IMG/VR virus record: IMGVR_UViG_3300048904_000146
Span: 1-42,791 of that record
DNA: 42,791 nucleotides
From: a virus
Reading direction: 5' to 3' (one strand)
Shown: positions 1-8,367 of the stretch, piece after piece
How the letters are laid out: every line of letters begins with the position of its first letter
Position numbering within the stretch: the first letter of the stretch is position 1
Notes under the pieces: generated by a model
Database searches by the model: none
Seen by the model: the letters and a program-made list of their open reading frames with translations, nothing else
What the model was told of the DNA's origin: nothing
Position numbers and translations under genes: made by a program

Positions 1-127
1 GGGCAGCTGCGGTGGGAGTGGGAGCCCTGCTTCAAGATCGCGTGCGCCGTCGACCGCGCCGCGACCGAGCAGCTGGTCGCCGGGGACGTGTGCTGGGGCG
101 GCGTCTGGGACCGCTGGCTATCGCAAT
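1..127. repeat. Terminal overlap of the contig: 1-127 identical to 42665-42791 (circular closure; unique length 42,664 bp)
   Basis: Both ends read GGGCAGCTGCGGTGGGAGTGGGAGCCC...GACCGCTGGCTATCGCAAT; the overlap lies inside one continuous ORF. Confidence 0.95.
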
Positions 128-237
128 ACGGCGGCTCGCCCAATGCGATGCGGTTCGAGGTCAACTCGTACAGCGCCCGGCACCCCGGCCCTGACTTCCT
201 CGATGGGCCTCACTACCAGCTCGGGCGGCTCGGATGA
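1..237 (+). CDS. Endolysin, C-terminal part (zinc peptidase M15 / VanY-type cell-wall peptidase); continuation of 42404..42791
   Basis: Frame 1 open from base 1 to TGA 235-237 and in frame with ATG 42404 through the overlap; ends ...RHPGPDFLDGPHYQL, the C-terminal His context of M15 peptidases. Confidence 0.85.
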   Translation, partial: GQLRWEWEPCFKIACAVDRAATEQLVAGDVCWGGVWDRWLSQYGGSPNAMRFEVNSYSARHPGPDFLDGPHYQLGRLG

Positions 238-491
238 ACCCCGACAGCCAAGCCATGTGGGCGTACATGGCAACGCTCGGCGCCATCGTCGTCATGACCC
301 TGGCCGCCGCGCTGATCTGCATCTTCGTCGACGCAGACAAGCACCTCGCGCAGATCGTCGCGGCGCTCGGCTTCATCGGCGCCGCAGTGACCGGCCTGAT
401 CGGTGTGATCGGCACCTTCCGCCCGAAGGGTTCGCCGGCCGCCACCACGGAGAGCGGGGACGTCAACGTCAACCCCACGAAGGAGAAATGA
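234..491 (+). CDS. Holin candidate (85 aa, two transmembrane helices, charged C-tail)
   Basis: ATGA overlap with endolysin stop; hydrophobic stretches WAYMATLGAIVVMTLAAALICIF and IVAALGFIGAAVTGLIGVIG; position next to endolysin. Confidence 0.6.
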   Translation: MNPDSQAMWAYMATLGAIVVMTLAAALICIFVDADKHLAQIVAALGFIGAAVTGLIGVIGTFRPKGSPAATTESGDVNVNPTKEK

Positions 492-832
492 CCGTGAAGA
501 AGCTCTTGATCCTGGCAGCGTTCGCGCTGCCGTTGGCGGCCTGCAACGCCGGCCAGCTCGGCGCGCCCGGCAACGCGGCCAACGCAACCGTGCTCGACGA
601 GCAGATCGGCGTCGGCGCCGAGACGGCATACACCACGGCGGCGAAGCTCGGCACTGCGCTTGCCACCGCGGGCGTGATCGACAAGGCCGCGTTCAAGGCT
701 GCCGACGCCAAGGCGTATCAGGCACTGCTCGCCACGCGCGCCGCGTACCGGGCAGGCAACGCCGCCAGCTACCAAGCCGCAGCCGCGGAGGTCTACACGG
801 CCGTCGCGCAGATCCGCGATCTCGTGAAGTAA
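488..832 (+). CDS. Lipoprotein (114 aa), possible outer-membrane spanin component or other envelope lipoprotein
   Basis: ATGA overlap with holin stop, SD AAGGAGAA upstream; N-terminus MTVKKLLILAAFALPLAAC carries lipobox LAAC; Ala-rich mature part. Confidence 0.6.
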   Translation: MTVKKLLILAAFALPLAACNAGQLGAPGNAANATVLDEQIGVGAETAYTTAAKLGTALATAGVIDKAAFKAADAKAYQALLATRAAYRAGNAASYQAAAAEVYTAVAQIRDLVK

Positions 833-842
833 GGAGCAGGCC

Positions 843-1025
843 ATGAACCTCGACAATATCCTGAAGACGATCCTGCTGATCGGCTCCGATCTCCCTGCCT
901 ACAAGGCGTTGTTCGACCAGGTGCTCGGCGCCTTCAGCGAGAACGAGCAGGAGATCCTCAAGCAGACCTACGCCGAGGCGATCGCCGCGGCCGACAAGGC
1001 ACACGCGGCGGCGCAGGCGCTGTAG
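843..1025 (+). CDS. Hypothetical protein (60 aa)
   Basis: ATG preceded by SD AAGGAG; high GC3; follows the lipoprotein gene. Confidence 0.55.
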   Translation: MNLDNILKTILLIGSDLPAYKALFDQVLGAFSENEQEILKQTYAEAIAAADKAHAAAQAL

Positions 1026-1030
1026 CTCTC

Positions 1031-1098
1031 TGGCCCCTGTCATGCTAGTTGCGTTTCGGGATCAGTTCCCGTAGCATTACTCATATTGACAGGGGCCA
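1031..1098 (+). promoter_or_regulatory. 12-bp perfect inverted repeat TGGCCCCTGTCA / TGACAGGGGCCA enclosing a 44-nt AT-richer segment; right arm covers the SD of the ORF starting at 1101
   Basis: Arms at 1031-1042 and 1087-1098 are exact reverse complements; an inner 5-bp hairpin CGGGA-TCAGT-TCCCG is also present; located right after stop 1023-1025. Confidence 0.4.
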
Positions 1099-1100
1099 TC

Positions 1101-1292
1101 ATGACCGAAGCTCAATTCCAGGCACTTACCAAATTGCGCGATGCGATTCGCGAAGCGCACAGTGCCTTCTCCGGCCACCGGGATATCGCCTTTCTTCACG
1201 GCATGGCCGACCGCTTGGTGCGCGCCAACCGTTCCGACATGACCGACGAGCAGTTCCAAGCGCTCGGCGGCGGCACGCCGAAGGAAGCCTGA
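1101..1292 (+). CDS. Hypothetical protein (63 aa; MTEAQFQALTKLRD...)
   Basis: ATG 1101 with SD AGGGG 5 nt upstream (preferred over the TTG at 1086 listed in the ORF track); high GC3. Confidence 0.55.
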   Translation: MTEAQFQALTKLRDAIREAHSAFSGHRDIAFLHGMADRLVRANRSDMTDEQFQALGGGTPKEA

Positions 1293-1293
1293 C

Positions 1294-1788
1294 GTGCTGC
1301 ACGCAGCGAGCGGTTACGCGCTTATTGCGCTGTTCGCTGCGTGCGCCATCGGCGCCACCTATGCCGCCCGGCGCGACGACGATCTGCGCATGGTCGGCGG
1401 CATGCTGATCCTCAACCTGCTGCTGTCCAACCTGGTCGTCGCGATGACGCGCGATCCGCAAGCCCGCGCCGGCGTCTTCACCATGGTAGAAATCCTGGTA
1501 GCGGTCGCCGCCTATCTCGCCTATGCGATGGGCGCCCCGCACCGAGCGCTGATTGCAGTCGTAAGCCTCTGTCTTATATCGATTTCTTCGACCGTCGCCT
1601 ATGCCCTGATCCACGCGCCGTCGCGCGAGACGATCAATCTCTGGCACCTGGTAACCAACGGGTGCTTCGTTCTCAACTGCCTGCTGGTCGGGGTGACGGG
1701 GAGGCGCGATGCCGTGGGGTCTGATAATTTCTGGTCTTGGGCTCGTCGCGACCGGCGTCCTGCTCAACCGAATGCTGTTGATGGGTGA
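1294..1788 (+). CDS. Multi-pass membrane protein (164 aa, about 5 hydrophobic helices)
   Basis: GTG start 2 nt after preceding stop, SD AAGGAAG; helices such as MVGGMLILNLLLSNLVVAM, VFTMVEILVAVAAYLAYAM, ALIAVVSLCLISISSTVAYALI. Confidence 0.6.
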   Translation: MLHAASGYALIALFAACAIGATYAARRDDDLRMVGGMLILNLLLSNLVVAMTRDPQARAGVFTMVEILVAVAAYLAYAMGAPHRALIAVVSLCLISISSTVAYALIHAPSRETINLWHLVTNGCFVLNCLLVGVTGRRDAVGSDNFWSWARRDRRPAQPNAVDG

Positions 1789-2228
1789 GCACGATGGCCG
1801 ACGAAACCGCAACGATTGAGATGATCCGCGGGTGGCTTTCCACCGGCTTCCTCGGCGGCAACCTGTTCCTGCTGTCGCGCCTGGTTCCCGCGGGCCTGAA
1901 GCATCTCAAGGAAATGCGCCAGCAGAAGCTGGCCGAGAAGGCCGAGGACCGCGCCGGATGGGGCGAATTGATCGAGACGATGGGCGCGCAGATCAAGGCG
2001 CTCACCGAGCGCGAGCACGACTGCGAGCAGCGCATCGTCTCCATGCGCGACGACTATGAGCGCCGCATGAAGGTGCTCTCCGGCGAGATCGAGGGGCTGC
2101 GCCGGCTGATCATCATGCGTTCGTCGGTCGAGGGCGTCGAGCTTTCCCCGACTGTCGCCGCGGCGGCAGAGCGCTCGATCGGCCATCAGATCCGGGTTGC
2201 GGAAGAGAAAGACCGGCTAACCGAATGA
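1785..2228 (+). CDS. Membrane-anchored coiled-coil protein (147 aa; i-spanin-like architecture)
   Basis: GTGA overlap with preceding stop (alternative ATG 1794); N-terminal TM WLSTGFLGGNLFLLSRLVPAGL followed by charged heptad-like region; 3' end overlaps the convergent primase gene by 12 nt. Confidence 0.6.
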   Translation: MSTMADETATIEMIRGWLSTGFLGGNLFLLSRLVPAGLKHLKEMRQQKLAEKAEDRAGWGELIETMGAQIKALTEREHDCEQRIVSMRDDYERRMKVLSGEIEGLRRLIIMRSSVEGVELSPTVAAAAERSIGHQIRVAEEKDRLTE

Positions 2229-4112
2229 CGGCATTGCGAGGTGCTTGCGCCCGCCGAACGCTATCATCTCCAGCGCCCCTGTCTCCAGCGCGAACGACAG
2301 CACCTGTTCCCATTTCCGCTTGAAGTTCGACAGATCCTTCGAGCCGTCGTAGCGATCCTTGAACACCGATCGCGCTACCTCGACGTCGACGCATCTCTTC
2401 CCCTCGATGTCCTGCGCCTCCTCGACCAGCGCCCACTCGACGCTCTCGACCAACAGGTCGACGTGCTTCGGGGTCTTGGTGAGGTCGCGCTGTGACGGCG
2501 GCGCGTCCGACACATAGCAGGAAGTGACCGGCCGGCCGCGGCTGTCGTGGCCTAGCTCGCGCGGGATCAGCGTGAACACGCCGAGGGTGCGCTGCTGCGA
2601 ATCGCGCGACTTGGTGACCTGCAGCTCGCGGATGCTGTTCGTCTTCTCGCGCACGATCTCAAGCACAACGTCGACGTCGTTGTAGATCGCGCCGGCGCCC
2701 CGCTGGCCGCTGCCCCCTTTCGGCGGGTGGTGCGTCACCAGGACGAAGGCGTTGAGCATTTCCGACAGCTTCGACAGCGCCTTCATGGCGACGCCCGCCT
2801 CGCTGTTGTCGTTCTCGTCACGCAACAGCCCCGACGCCGACAGCGTGTCGACCACGATCATGCGAACGGGGATGCCGAACTCTGCCTGCATCGCGTCCAT
2901 CTTGGCGCGCAGGTCGATCGCCAGCGCGTCCAGCGCGCCCGGCGCGGCCAGGTTGTTGATGTCGCCCGCGGCGATCGGCAGCTTGTCGTCTTCGCCGAGC
3001 GCCTGCATGCGCGCCAGCACCGAGCGCCGGCCTTCGCCGGTGAGCAGGATGGAGCCGCCGCGCTCGTCGGGCTCGACGCCAAAGAAGGTCTTGCCTGTCG
3101 CCAGCGCGCGGGCGAGATGCATCGCCACGAAGGTCTTGCCGCCCTGGCTCGGGCCCGACAGCACGCCGACGCCGGTCTGCGGCAGCAGCTCGTAGAAGAG
3201 CCAGGTCGCATCGAAGTCGATGTCGTCGCCGTGCTGCTGCCAGCGGCGGTCGAGCGGCGGCTGCGCCACATAGCGCGGCGCCGGCATGTCTTCGACGCCG
3301 GCGAAATCCACGGCCGGGCTCTGGCCGCCGGCGGCCGACAGCGCGTAGGTGAAGGCGTTCTCCACCTTGGCGCGCAGCTCGTCGAGATCCCAAGGCGGCG
3401 CGCAGCGGGCGTTCCATCGATCGGCCATCAGGTCGAAGACGGCCTGCTCGGACAGCCCCATATCCTTGACGATGCAGGCGACGCGGAAGGTACAGAGATC
3501 GCCGCCCATCCCCTCGATCGCCATAGGCGCTTCGGTGTCCAGGTAGCGGGCGGCGCGGGCAATCGCGAACTCGGTGTCGAGCTCGGTCGCCGCGGCGGCG
3601 TTGCTGCGCTCGCGCGGCGCGTCCAGGCGCGCGATCAGGTGCTCGGGCGCCTCGGCCAGGGGCGCGTCGTTGTCGATCTCGTAGACCCCCTCAGGAACGA
3701 CCGAGCCGGGCGCGATGACATAGCCGTGAGCGCTGCGGATATCGAGCCCCTCGCCGATCTTGCCGACACTCAGGCTCTTCGAGGGGCCAGCGAGGTAGGC
3801 GTGGCGGCCGCCGGTCGGCGTGCGCACCATCAGCGTGTCGAGCGGCAGATCGAGGTCCAGGTAGCTCGACAGCCCGTCCTTGCCCTTCTTCATGTCGACG
3901 TCGACGACGATCATGTCGGTGGTGTCGACGCCGATATTGTGATCGAGCGGCCAGCCGGTGATCGGATCGGTCCACATGGCGAAGACCGCTTCGGAATCGC
4001 AGGTGGCGACGTCGTAGAACTCCTTGACCTTCGGCTCCTTGCGGCCGGCCACGCACGGGAACACCCGGAAGCCCCTGGCCGCCCACGCCAACGCATGATC
4101 GCGCATGGACAT
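2217..4112 (-). CDS. Bifunctional primase-polymerase (PrimPol N-domain) fused to RecA/RepA-type (AAA_25-like) helicase domain
   Basis: N-terminus RGFRVFPC...VVDVDMKKG...PTGGRHAYL (PrimPol motifs); C-half Walker A GPSQGGKTF and Walker B MIVVDTL; start ATG 4112 after GGGGAGGGAG (alternatives ATG 4106, TTG 4136 in TTGA overlap). Confidence 0.9.
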   Translation of the reverse strand: MSMRDHALAWAARGFRVFPCVAGRKEPKVKEFYDVATCDSEAVFAMWTDPITGWPLDHNIGVDTTDMIVVDVDMKKGKDGLSSYLDLDLPLDTLMVRTPTGGRHAYLAGPSKSLSVGKIGEGLDIRSAHGYVIAPGSVVPEGVYEIDNDAPLAEAPEHLIARLDAPRERSNAAAATELDTEFAIARAARYLDTEAPMAIEGMGGDLCTFRVACIVKDMGLSEQAVFDLMADRWNARCAPPWDLDELRAKVENAFTYALSAAGGQSPAVDFAGVEDMPAPRYVAQPPLDRRWQQHGDDIDFDATWLFYELLPQTGVGVLSGPSQGGKTFVAMHLARALATGKTFFGVEPDERGGSILLTGEGRRSVLARMQALGEDDKLPIAAGDINNLAAPGALDALAIDLRAKMDAMQAEFGIPVRMIVVDTLSASGLLRDENDNSEAGVAMKALSKLSEMLNAFVLVTHHPPKGGSGQRGAGAIYNDVDVVLEIVREKTNSIRELQVTKSRDSQQRTLGVFTLIPRELGHDSRGRPVTSCYVSDAPPSQRDLTKTPKHVDLLVESVEWALVEEAQDIEGKRCVDVEVARSVFKDRYDGSKDLSNFKRKWEQVLSFALETGALEMIAFGGRKHLAMPSFG

Positions 4113-4132
4113 CTCCCTCCCCTTCTCGCCGG

Positions 4133-4390
4133 TCAAAGGCTCTGGAGGCTATAGGTGCCCTTCAGCCGGCCCGGTCGGACCACCGCGCCGTGCTTATGCA
4201 GCCGGCGGTTCAGCTTGGTGATGTACGGCCCGAGATACTGCTGCGCCTGGCGCTGCGGCTTGTCTTCGTCCGGCCCGACCAGCGCGTTGAAGATGGTGAG
4301 GATCTCCACCTCGCCTTCGCCGTTAAGCAGGTCGTACAGCTGCTTGAGCTTCGGGGGCAGTTCGAGGGTCTTCGGTGCGGCGGACGCCAT
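4133..4390 (-). CDS. Small protein (85 aa) with winged-helix-like C-terminal pattern (possible DNA-binding regulator)
   Basis: SD ACGGAGAA upstream of ATG 4390; C-half YITKLNRRLHKHGAVVRPGRLKGTYSL resembles the I..LR.KL...GY.L wing pattern of OmpR/PhoB effector domains. Confidence 0.6.
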   Translation of the reverse strand: MASAAPKTLELPPKLKQLYDLLNGEGEVEILTIFNALVGPDEDKPQRQAQQYLGPYITKLNRRLHKHGAVVRPGRLKGTYSLQSL

Positions 4391-4417
4391 GTCATTCTCC
4401 GTTACAGGCGTGTAGGG

Positions 4418-4431
4418 CTAACAGGTTATGC
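4418..4431 (-). promoter_or_regulatory. Motif copy S3: GCATAACctGTTAG (read on minus strand), 27 nt upstream of ATG 4390
   Basis: One of four sense-oriented copies of GCATAAC-N2-GTTAR; lies in the 54-bp gap between 4445 and 4390. Confidence 0.45.
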
Positions 4432-4444
4432 GCTGCTAGGCAAC

Positions 4445-4705
4445 CTACTTCAGCCCTTCACGGCGGTTCTCAAAATCAGCCGCATGTTGGCAGCAGAAGA
4501 GCTTGCCGACGCCGTGCCCCGCTTTGCGTTTGCATCGATAGAGGTGGAGACGTAGCGATCCCGCGCCTGCGTATCCCGCGCACTGCCCCTCCGACCACGT
4601 CTTAGGTTCGTGGTCCTCTATAAAGCACTCGTAGCGACGCGCTTTTATCTTCCCGATTTCATCACTTGACATAGCGTTTGTCCTCCCGATTTCATCACTT
4701 GACAT
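4445..4705 (-). CDS. Cys/His-rich small protein (86 aa, or 75 aa from the second in-frame ATG at 4672)
   Basis: Two identical start contexts GGGAGGACAAACGCTATG created by the 33-bp tandem duplication; Cys pattern C-x17-C...C-x14-CC-x-H. Confidence 0.55.
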   Translation of the reverse strand: MSSDEIGRTNAMSSDEIGKIKARRYECFIEDHEPKTWSEGQCAGYAGAGSLRLHLYRCKRKAGHGVGKLFCCQHAADFENRREGLK

Positions 4706-4720
4706 AGCGTTTGTCCTCCC
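4651..4720. repeat. 33-bp tandem direct duplication (2.1 copies) TCCCGATTTCATCACTTGACATAGCGTTTGTCC
   Basis: 4651-4683 and 4684-4716 identical, plus TCCC 4717-4720; spans polA stop codon and the start of the downstream gene. Confidence 0.9.
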
Positions 4721-6947
4721 ATGCGCTCACCGCCACCGGCATGTCGGCGCACCATGCGTCCGGCTCTGCCATGATGGCGCGATATTCTTCGGCGGAGCCA
4801 AACAGCTCGTCGACTTCCGACAGGTTCTCGTCGTGCACGGTGAGCACTAGCGGGTAGCCGCGCTCCTCCAGCCGGAACATGCTGCTCACCAGCTTGTCGC
4901 GCGCGAGCCCTTGCACCACGTTGTTGAACTGCAAGCCGCCGTAGAGGGCCAGCCCGTCGGTCCACTTCTTGGTGTAGCTGTCGACCGCGGCGTAGAGCAC
5001 GCGCACTTTCTTGCGGCCCGCGTCGTCCTCGGTCATGTCGAGGCGCGGCATGGCGTAGGAGATCACGCGGCCGCTCGGCAGGCGGCAGTAGAGGAACCCG
5101 TTGGCCGCCAGGTACATCACCCGGCCTTGCAGCACCGGCACCTTGAGCCCCGGCGTCTGTACCGCAGCGATCGCCGCATCCTGCAGATCCCACCAGGCTT
5201 GCACGATATGCGGGTGCGCGGCACGCCAGGCGTTGACGACGCACTTCACGCCGGTCCACGTCTCATGGTCCAGGCCGCGGCTGTCGGCGACCGAGTAGCG
5301 CATCCAGGTATCGTGCCACGTCTCGAGATCGATCGCCGCCTTGGCCGCGGCGGCCACCTCGGCAGGCTTGATCATGTAGACGGCGGCCATGTTGATGTAG
5401 GCGCCGACGCTGCCCTGGTAGCCTAGCGCCAGCTCCTGCACCTTGCCGATCTGGCGCATGAAGCTCTTCTTCGGCATCGTCGCGATGTCGACGCCGAACG
5501 ACCGGGCATAGGACAGGTTGTAGAGGTCGTAGCCGATGCCGGCGTCGAACTGGCGGAATGCCTCGAGCTTCCACGCCTCGCCCGCGATCCAGGCGGCGCC
5601 GCGCCCCTCGATGTTGCTGAAGTCGCCGGAGACGAACTTCTTGCCGGGCGCGGCGATAAGCATCGCGCGCATGCACTTTGCCACCGCCTCCAGCGGCGGG
5701 CCGACGATCATCTCGATCGCATCGACGATCTCCTTGGCGCTGCGCGGCAGCGCGAGCAGGTCGAGGATCATCATGATGTCGGGCAGATCCTCGGCGTCGA
5801 AGCGGAGGAAGTTCTGCGGCTGGATCAGCCGGCCCGCCCACCGCCCGGTGGCCGCGCCGTGGTACGCCAGCGAACCGCGCACGCGCTGGTCGGCGCACAC
5901 GCAGTTCAGCATGGCCTTGAACTTGGCGGTCGACGTCTTGCCGGCCGCGCGCCGCAGGCGAATCGCCTCTTCGGCGGTGCTGTCGCCCATGATGGACGAC
6001 ATCAGCACGATCTCTTCGACTTCGCCCTTGGCGACGCTCTCGCACGGGATGCCGCGCTTGTTCAGCCAGGCGACCAGCTTGGCCGTCTCCGAGCACTTCC
6101 GCACGTCGCCGTCGGTGAGCCACCACATATGGTCGTCGGCGCGCTTCAGCGCCTCGGTCACGACGGCCAGGGCGTGCTCGACCGACTTCACGTCGATCAT
6201 GACGCCGCGGTCGTTGATGCGCTGGTCGAGCTCCCACACGCGCCGCTCTTCGGGAGATAGGGCCGGAATGGACCTATCCACGTCCGTCTCGGTGAGCACG
6301 TCCTGGTCGCAATATTCCTGCAGCCGCTCGACGCGCTCGGCGTCATCCCACCACACGACCGTGCCGTCGGGGTCGATGCGGCGCGGCTTGCACATCCGCA
6401 TCATCAGCGCATGGCCGTCCTTGTCCTTCTGCATCGGCGTCTTCAGCGCCCGCCCCAGCTGGTCGAGCCCGGCGGGCAGCGCCAGCGCGACGGCGCGCGC
6501 CATGGTGCAGTCCTGCTGCTCGACGACCAGGCGCGGCCAGTGTCGGGGGGCCTTGGCGTTCCACAGGTTGCGCTCGAACCCCGCATGGTGCGCGACGACC
6601 TTGCCGCCGGCGGCGACGTGATCGAGCAGCTCCTTGGGGTCTTTGTCGCCCGGTCGCCAGCGCTGCACCGGGCCGCTATCGCCGAGCCGCCACGACATGC
6701 AGATTATGCCCGTCGTGTGGTGCTCGGCGTAGCGGTAGACCCCGGCTTTCTTCAGGTCGACCGTCGAGCGTGTCTCGAAGTCTATGTGGGCTTCAATATT
6801 CGGCGCCGATCTGCCGGCGAAAGCTATTCGAGGCACAGGAGCCGGCGCAGGAGTTGGCGAGCCCAAAGACTCTCGGCTCCAACCATCGACGCCAAACTCA
6901 TGCCGTCGCTCGTAGAAGCCTTCTCCTTGGTACCCGCCGCCACTCAT
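4695..6947 (-). CDS. Family A DNA polymerase with N-terminal 3'-5' exonuclease domain
   Basis: Exo I HIDFETRS; motif A VSGDFSNIEGR; motif B RQIGKVQELALGYQGS; motif C LTVHDEN; ATGA overlap with upstream gene stop supports ATG 6947. Confidence 0.92.
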   Translation of the reverse strand: MSGGGYQGEGFYERRHEFGVDGWSRESLGSPTPAPAPVPRIAFAGRSAPNIEAHIDFETRSTVDLKKAGVYRYAEHHTTGIICMSWRLGDSGPVQRWRPGDKDPKELLDHVAAGGKVVAHHAGFERNLWNAKAPRHWPRLVVEQQDCTMARAVALALPAGLDQLGRALKTPMQKDKDGHALMMRMCKPRRIDPDGTVVWWDDAERVERLQEYCDQDVLTETDVDRSIPALSPEERRVWELDQRINDRGVMIDVKSVEHALAVVTEALKRADDHMWWLTDGDVRKCSETAKLVAWLNKRGIPCESVAKGEVEEIVLMSSIMGDSTAEEAIRLRRAAGKTSTAKFKAMLNCVCADQRVRGSLAYHGAATGRWAGRLIQPQNFLRFDAEDLPDIMMILDLLALPRSAKEIVDAIEMIVGPPLEAVAKCMRAMLIAAPGKKFVSGDFSNIEGRGAAWIAGEAWKLEAFRQFDAGIGYDLYNLSYARSFGVDIATMPKKSFMRQIGKVQELALGYQGSVGAYINMAAVYMIKPAEVAAAAKAAIDLETWHDTWMRYSVADSRGLDHETWTGVKCVVNAWRAAHPHIVQAWWDLQDAAIAAVQTPGLKVPVLQGRVMYLAANGFLYCRLPSGRVISYAMPRLDMTEDDAGRKKVRVLYAAVDSYTKKWTDGLALYGGLQFNNVVQGLARDKLVSSMFRLEERGYPLVLTVHDENLSEVDELFGSAEEYRAIMAEPDAWCADMPVAVSAWEDKRYVK

Positions 6948-7300
6948 GCCTTGGACTCGCCGACAATATCGACGCGGGCACTGCCGATCGGCCCCAACGG
7001 CAGCTGCGGCGTCGAGGTGTCGACGCAGCGATCTTCCGCCAGCTTGGCATAGCCCTGAATGTCGTGCCAGTTGTCGGTGTAATTGGGGTCACCCGAGATG
7101 ATGCGCGCGATCTTGTCGGCGATGACGGTGAGCGCCTGGCGCTTGACGCTATCGAGCTTCGCCCAGGGGTTGACGGGCTGGCCGTTCTCGTACTTGCGGA
7201 AGCCGCGCATCGCGTCCTGCAGATCCTGCGCGAGTTCGGCGTGGTCGGTGAAGTCGCCATAGCGCGCGCCGCGCTCGGCCAAGGTGTTGTCTACGCTCAT
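6944..7300 (-). CDS. Conserved phage protein, DUF6378-like (118 aa)
   Basis: ERGARYGDF...ADKIARIISGDPNYTDNWHDIQGYAKL matches my recollection of the R..YG ... K.aR ... D.w.Di.GYa.L pattern; SD ACGGAGCAGAA upstream. Confidence 0.65.
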   Translation of the reverse strand: MSVDNTLAERGARYGDFTDHAELAQDLQDAMRGFRKYENGQPVNPWAKLDSVKRQALTVIADKIARIISGDPNYTDNWHDIQGYAKLAEDRCVDTSTPQLPLGPIGSARVDIVGESKA

Positions 7301-7382
7301 GGTTCTGCTCCGTTTCTGCGCGGCTTCGTGTTAGGCCTATACCCGCGCCGAGCCCTGGCCTTGGGCGCCATCCCTTACGGGA

Positions 7383-8060
7383 TCAGAACAGGCCGGCCGG
7401 GTTGACGGCCGCTGCCTGCGCGCTGGTGTCGATCGCGACGCCGGCGAAGTCAGCACGCGGATCGCTGCTGCCCCCGCCGAGGTTGCGGTCGTCGGCAATC
7501 TTCATGATACCCTGCAGCCCGTAGCTGACACCCTTCTTCATCGTGGCGTCGAACGTGAACGGCCGCAACACGAAGAGATACCAGGCGCCGGACGTGATCA
7601 GCGCCGGATCGACGATAGGCGCACCCTGCGCATTTACGGCATAGGGCGCCCGCTGGTCGGCGGTGGCCGTGATGAAGATGCCGCCCGGCGTGTAACCTTC
7701 GAGGTTCAGCTTCTCGTCCTGACGCCGGAACGGCGTGTGCAGGGTGGGGCCGCCGACCTGACCGGCGTTCGGCCACTTGGCGAGCGCGGTTTCCGTCGCC
7801 CCCTGCTTCAGGATCGAGATATCCGCGGCCGGCGGGAACAGCGCGGTGGCGCTGAACTTGCCGCCGATCTGCCCGTTGGCCGTCTGCTTGATCGGCGCGC
7901 GGGTGAGCACGTGCTGCATGAAGCTGCCGCGCACCGGGCCGGTGCGGTAGTTGCCATTCTCCACGCCATTCTGATCGACGATCTTCATGCACGGGAATTT
8001 CGCCCACATGTCCTCGATCCACTTGGGATCCATGTCGGAGGCGTTCATCTGAAACGTCAT
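7383..8060 (-). CDS. ssDNA-binding protein, DUF2815 family
   Basis: ...PFRRQDEKLNLEGY...IVDPALITSGAWYLFVLRPFTFD...KGVSYGLQGIMKIADDRNLGGGSSDPRADF parallels the DUF2815 pattern; sits between DUF2800-type nuclease and polA as in the known replication module. Confidence 0.85.
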   Translation of the reverse strand: MTFQMNASDMDPKWIEDMWAKFPCMKIVDQNGVENGNYRTGPVRGSFMQHVLTRAPIKQTANGQIGGKFSATALFPPAADISILKQGATETALAKWPNAGQVGGPTLHTPFRRQDEKLNLEGYTPGGIFITATADQRAPYAVNAQGAPIVDPALITSGAWYLFVLRPFTFDATMKKGVSYGLQGIMKIADDRNLGGGSSDPRADFAGVAIDTSAQAAAVNPAGLF

Positions 8061-8121
8061 AGTCTCGATTCCTTGTTCTCGGTGTGAAAGATCCGCCCCT
8101 AGGCTAGCGGTTTGCCTATCT

Positions 8122-8367
8122 CTATGCGCGTTCGGCGCTGTGGTGCTCCTTGGCCGACTCTACGCTGCGCCTCGGCGCCCATAGCCCCTCTTCGTCTCGG
8201 ATAAGCTGAGACACAGGCAACCACAGCAGCCAGCGATAATACCGAACCTGAACGGCTTTCGCCGTCATGCGAATGGGTTCGCTAGTCAAGCCGAGATAGC
8301 CCCTCGGCCGGCGTAGGCGAACCTCTATGCCGTGCTGGTCCCGCTGCATGGCAGGACCGTCTTTCAC
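8122..8367 (-). CDS. Hypothetical protein (81 aa from GTG 8367; 75 aa from ATG 8349)
   Basis: GTGA overlap with nuclease stop; GC3 somewhat lower than neighbours. Confidence 0.45.
   Translation of the reverse strand: MKDGPAMQRDQHGIEVRLRRPRGYLGLTSEPIRMTAKAVQVRYYRWLLWLPVSQLIRDEEGLWAPRRSVESAKEHHSAERA

Noticed and set aside
1-127. The end repeat as genuine T7-like direct terminal repeats
   Set aside because: It lies in the middle of the endolysin coding sequence, and its length equals a common maximum assembler k-mer. It is better explained as a circularisation overlap. Physical termini cannot be read from the sequence.
143-832. 229-aa ORF spanning the endolysin end, holin and lipoprotein region
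   Set aside because: Only its last 114 codons (from ATG 488, with SD and lipobox) make sense. The upstream part overlaps the endolysin and holin genes in other frames and is Arg-rich shadow sequence.
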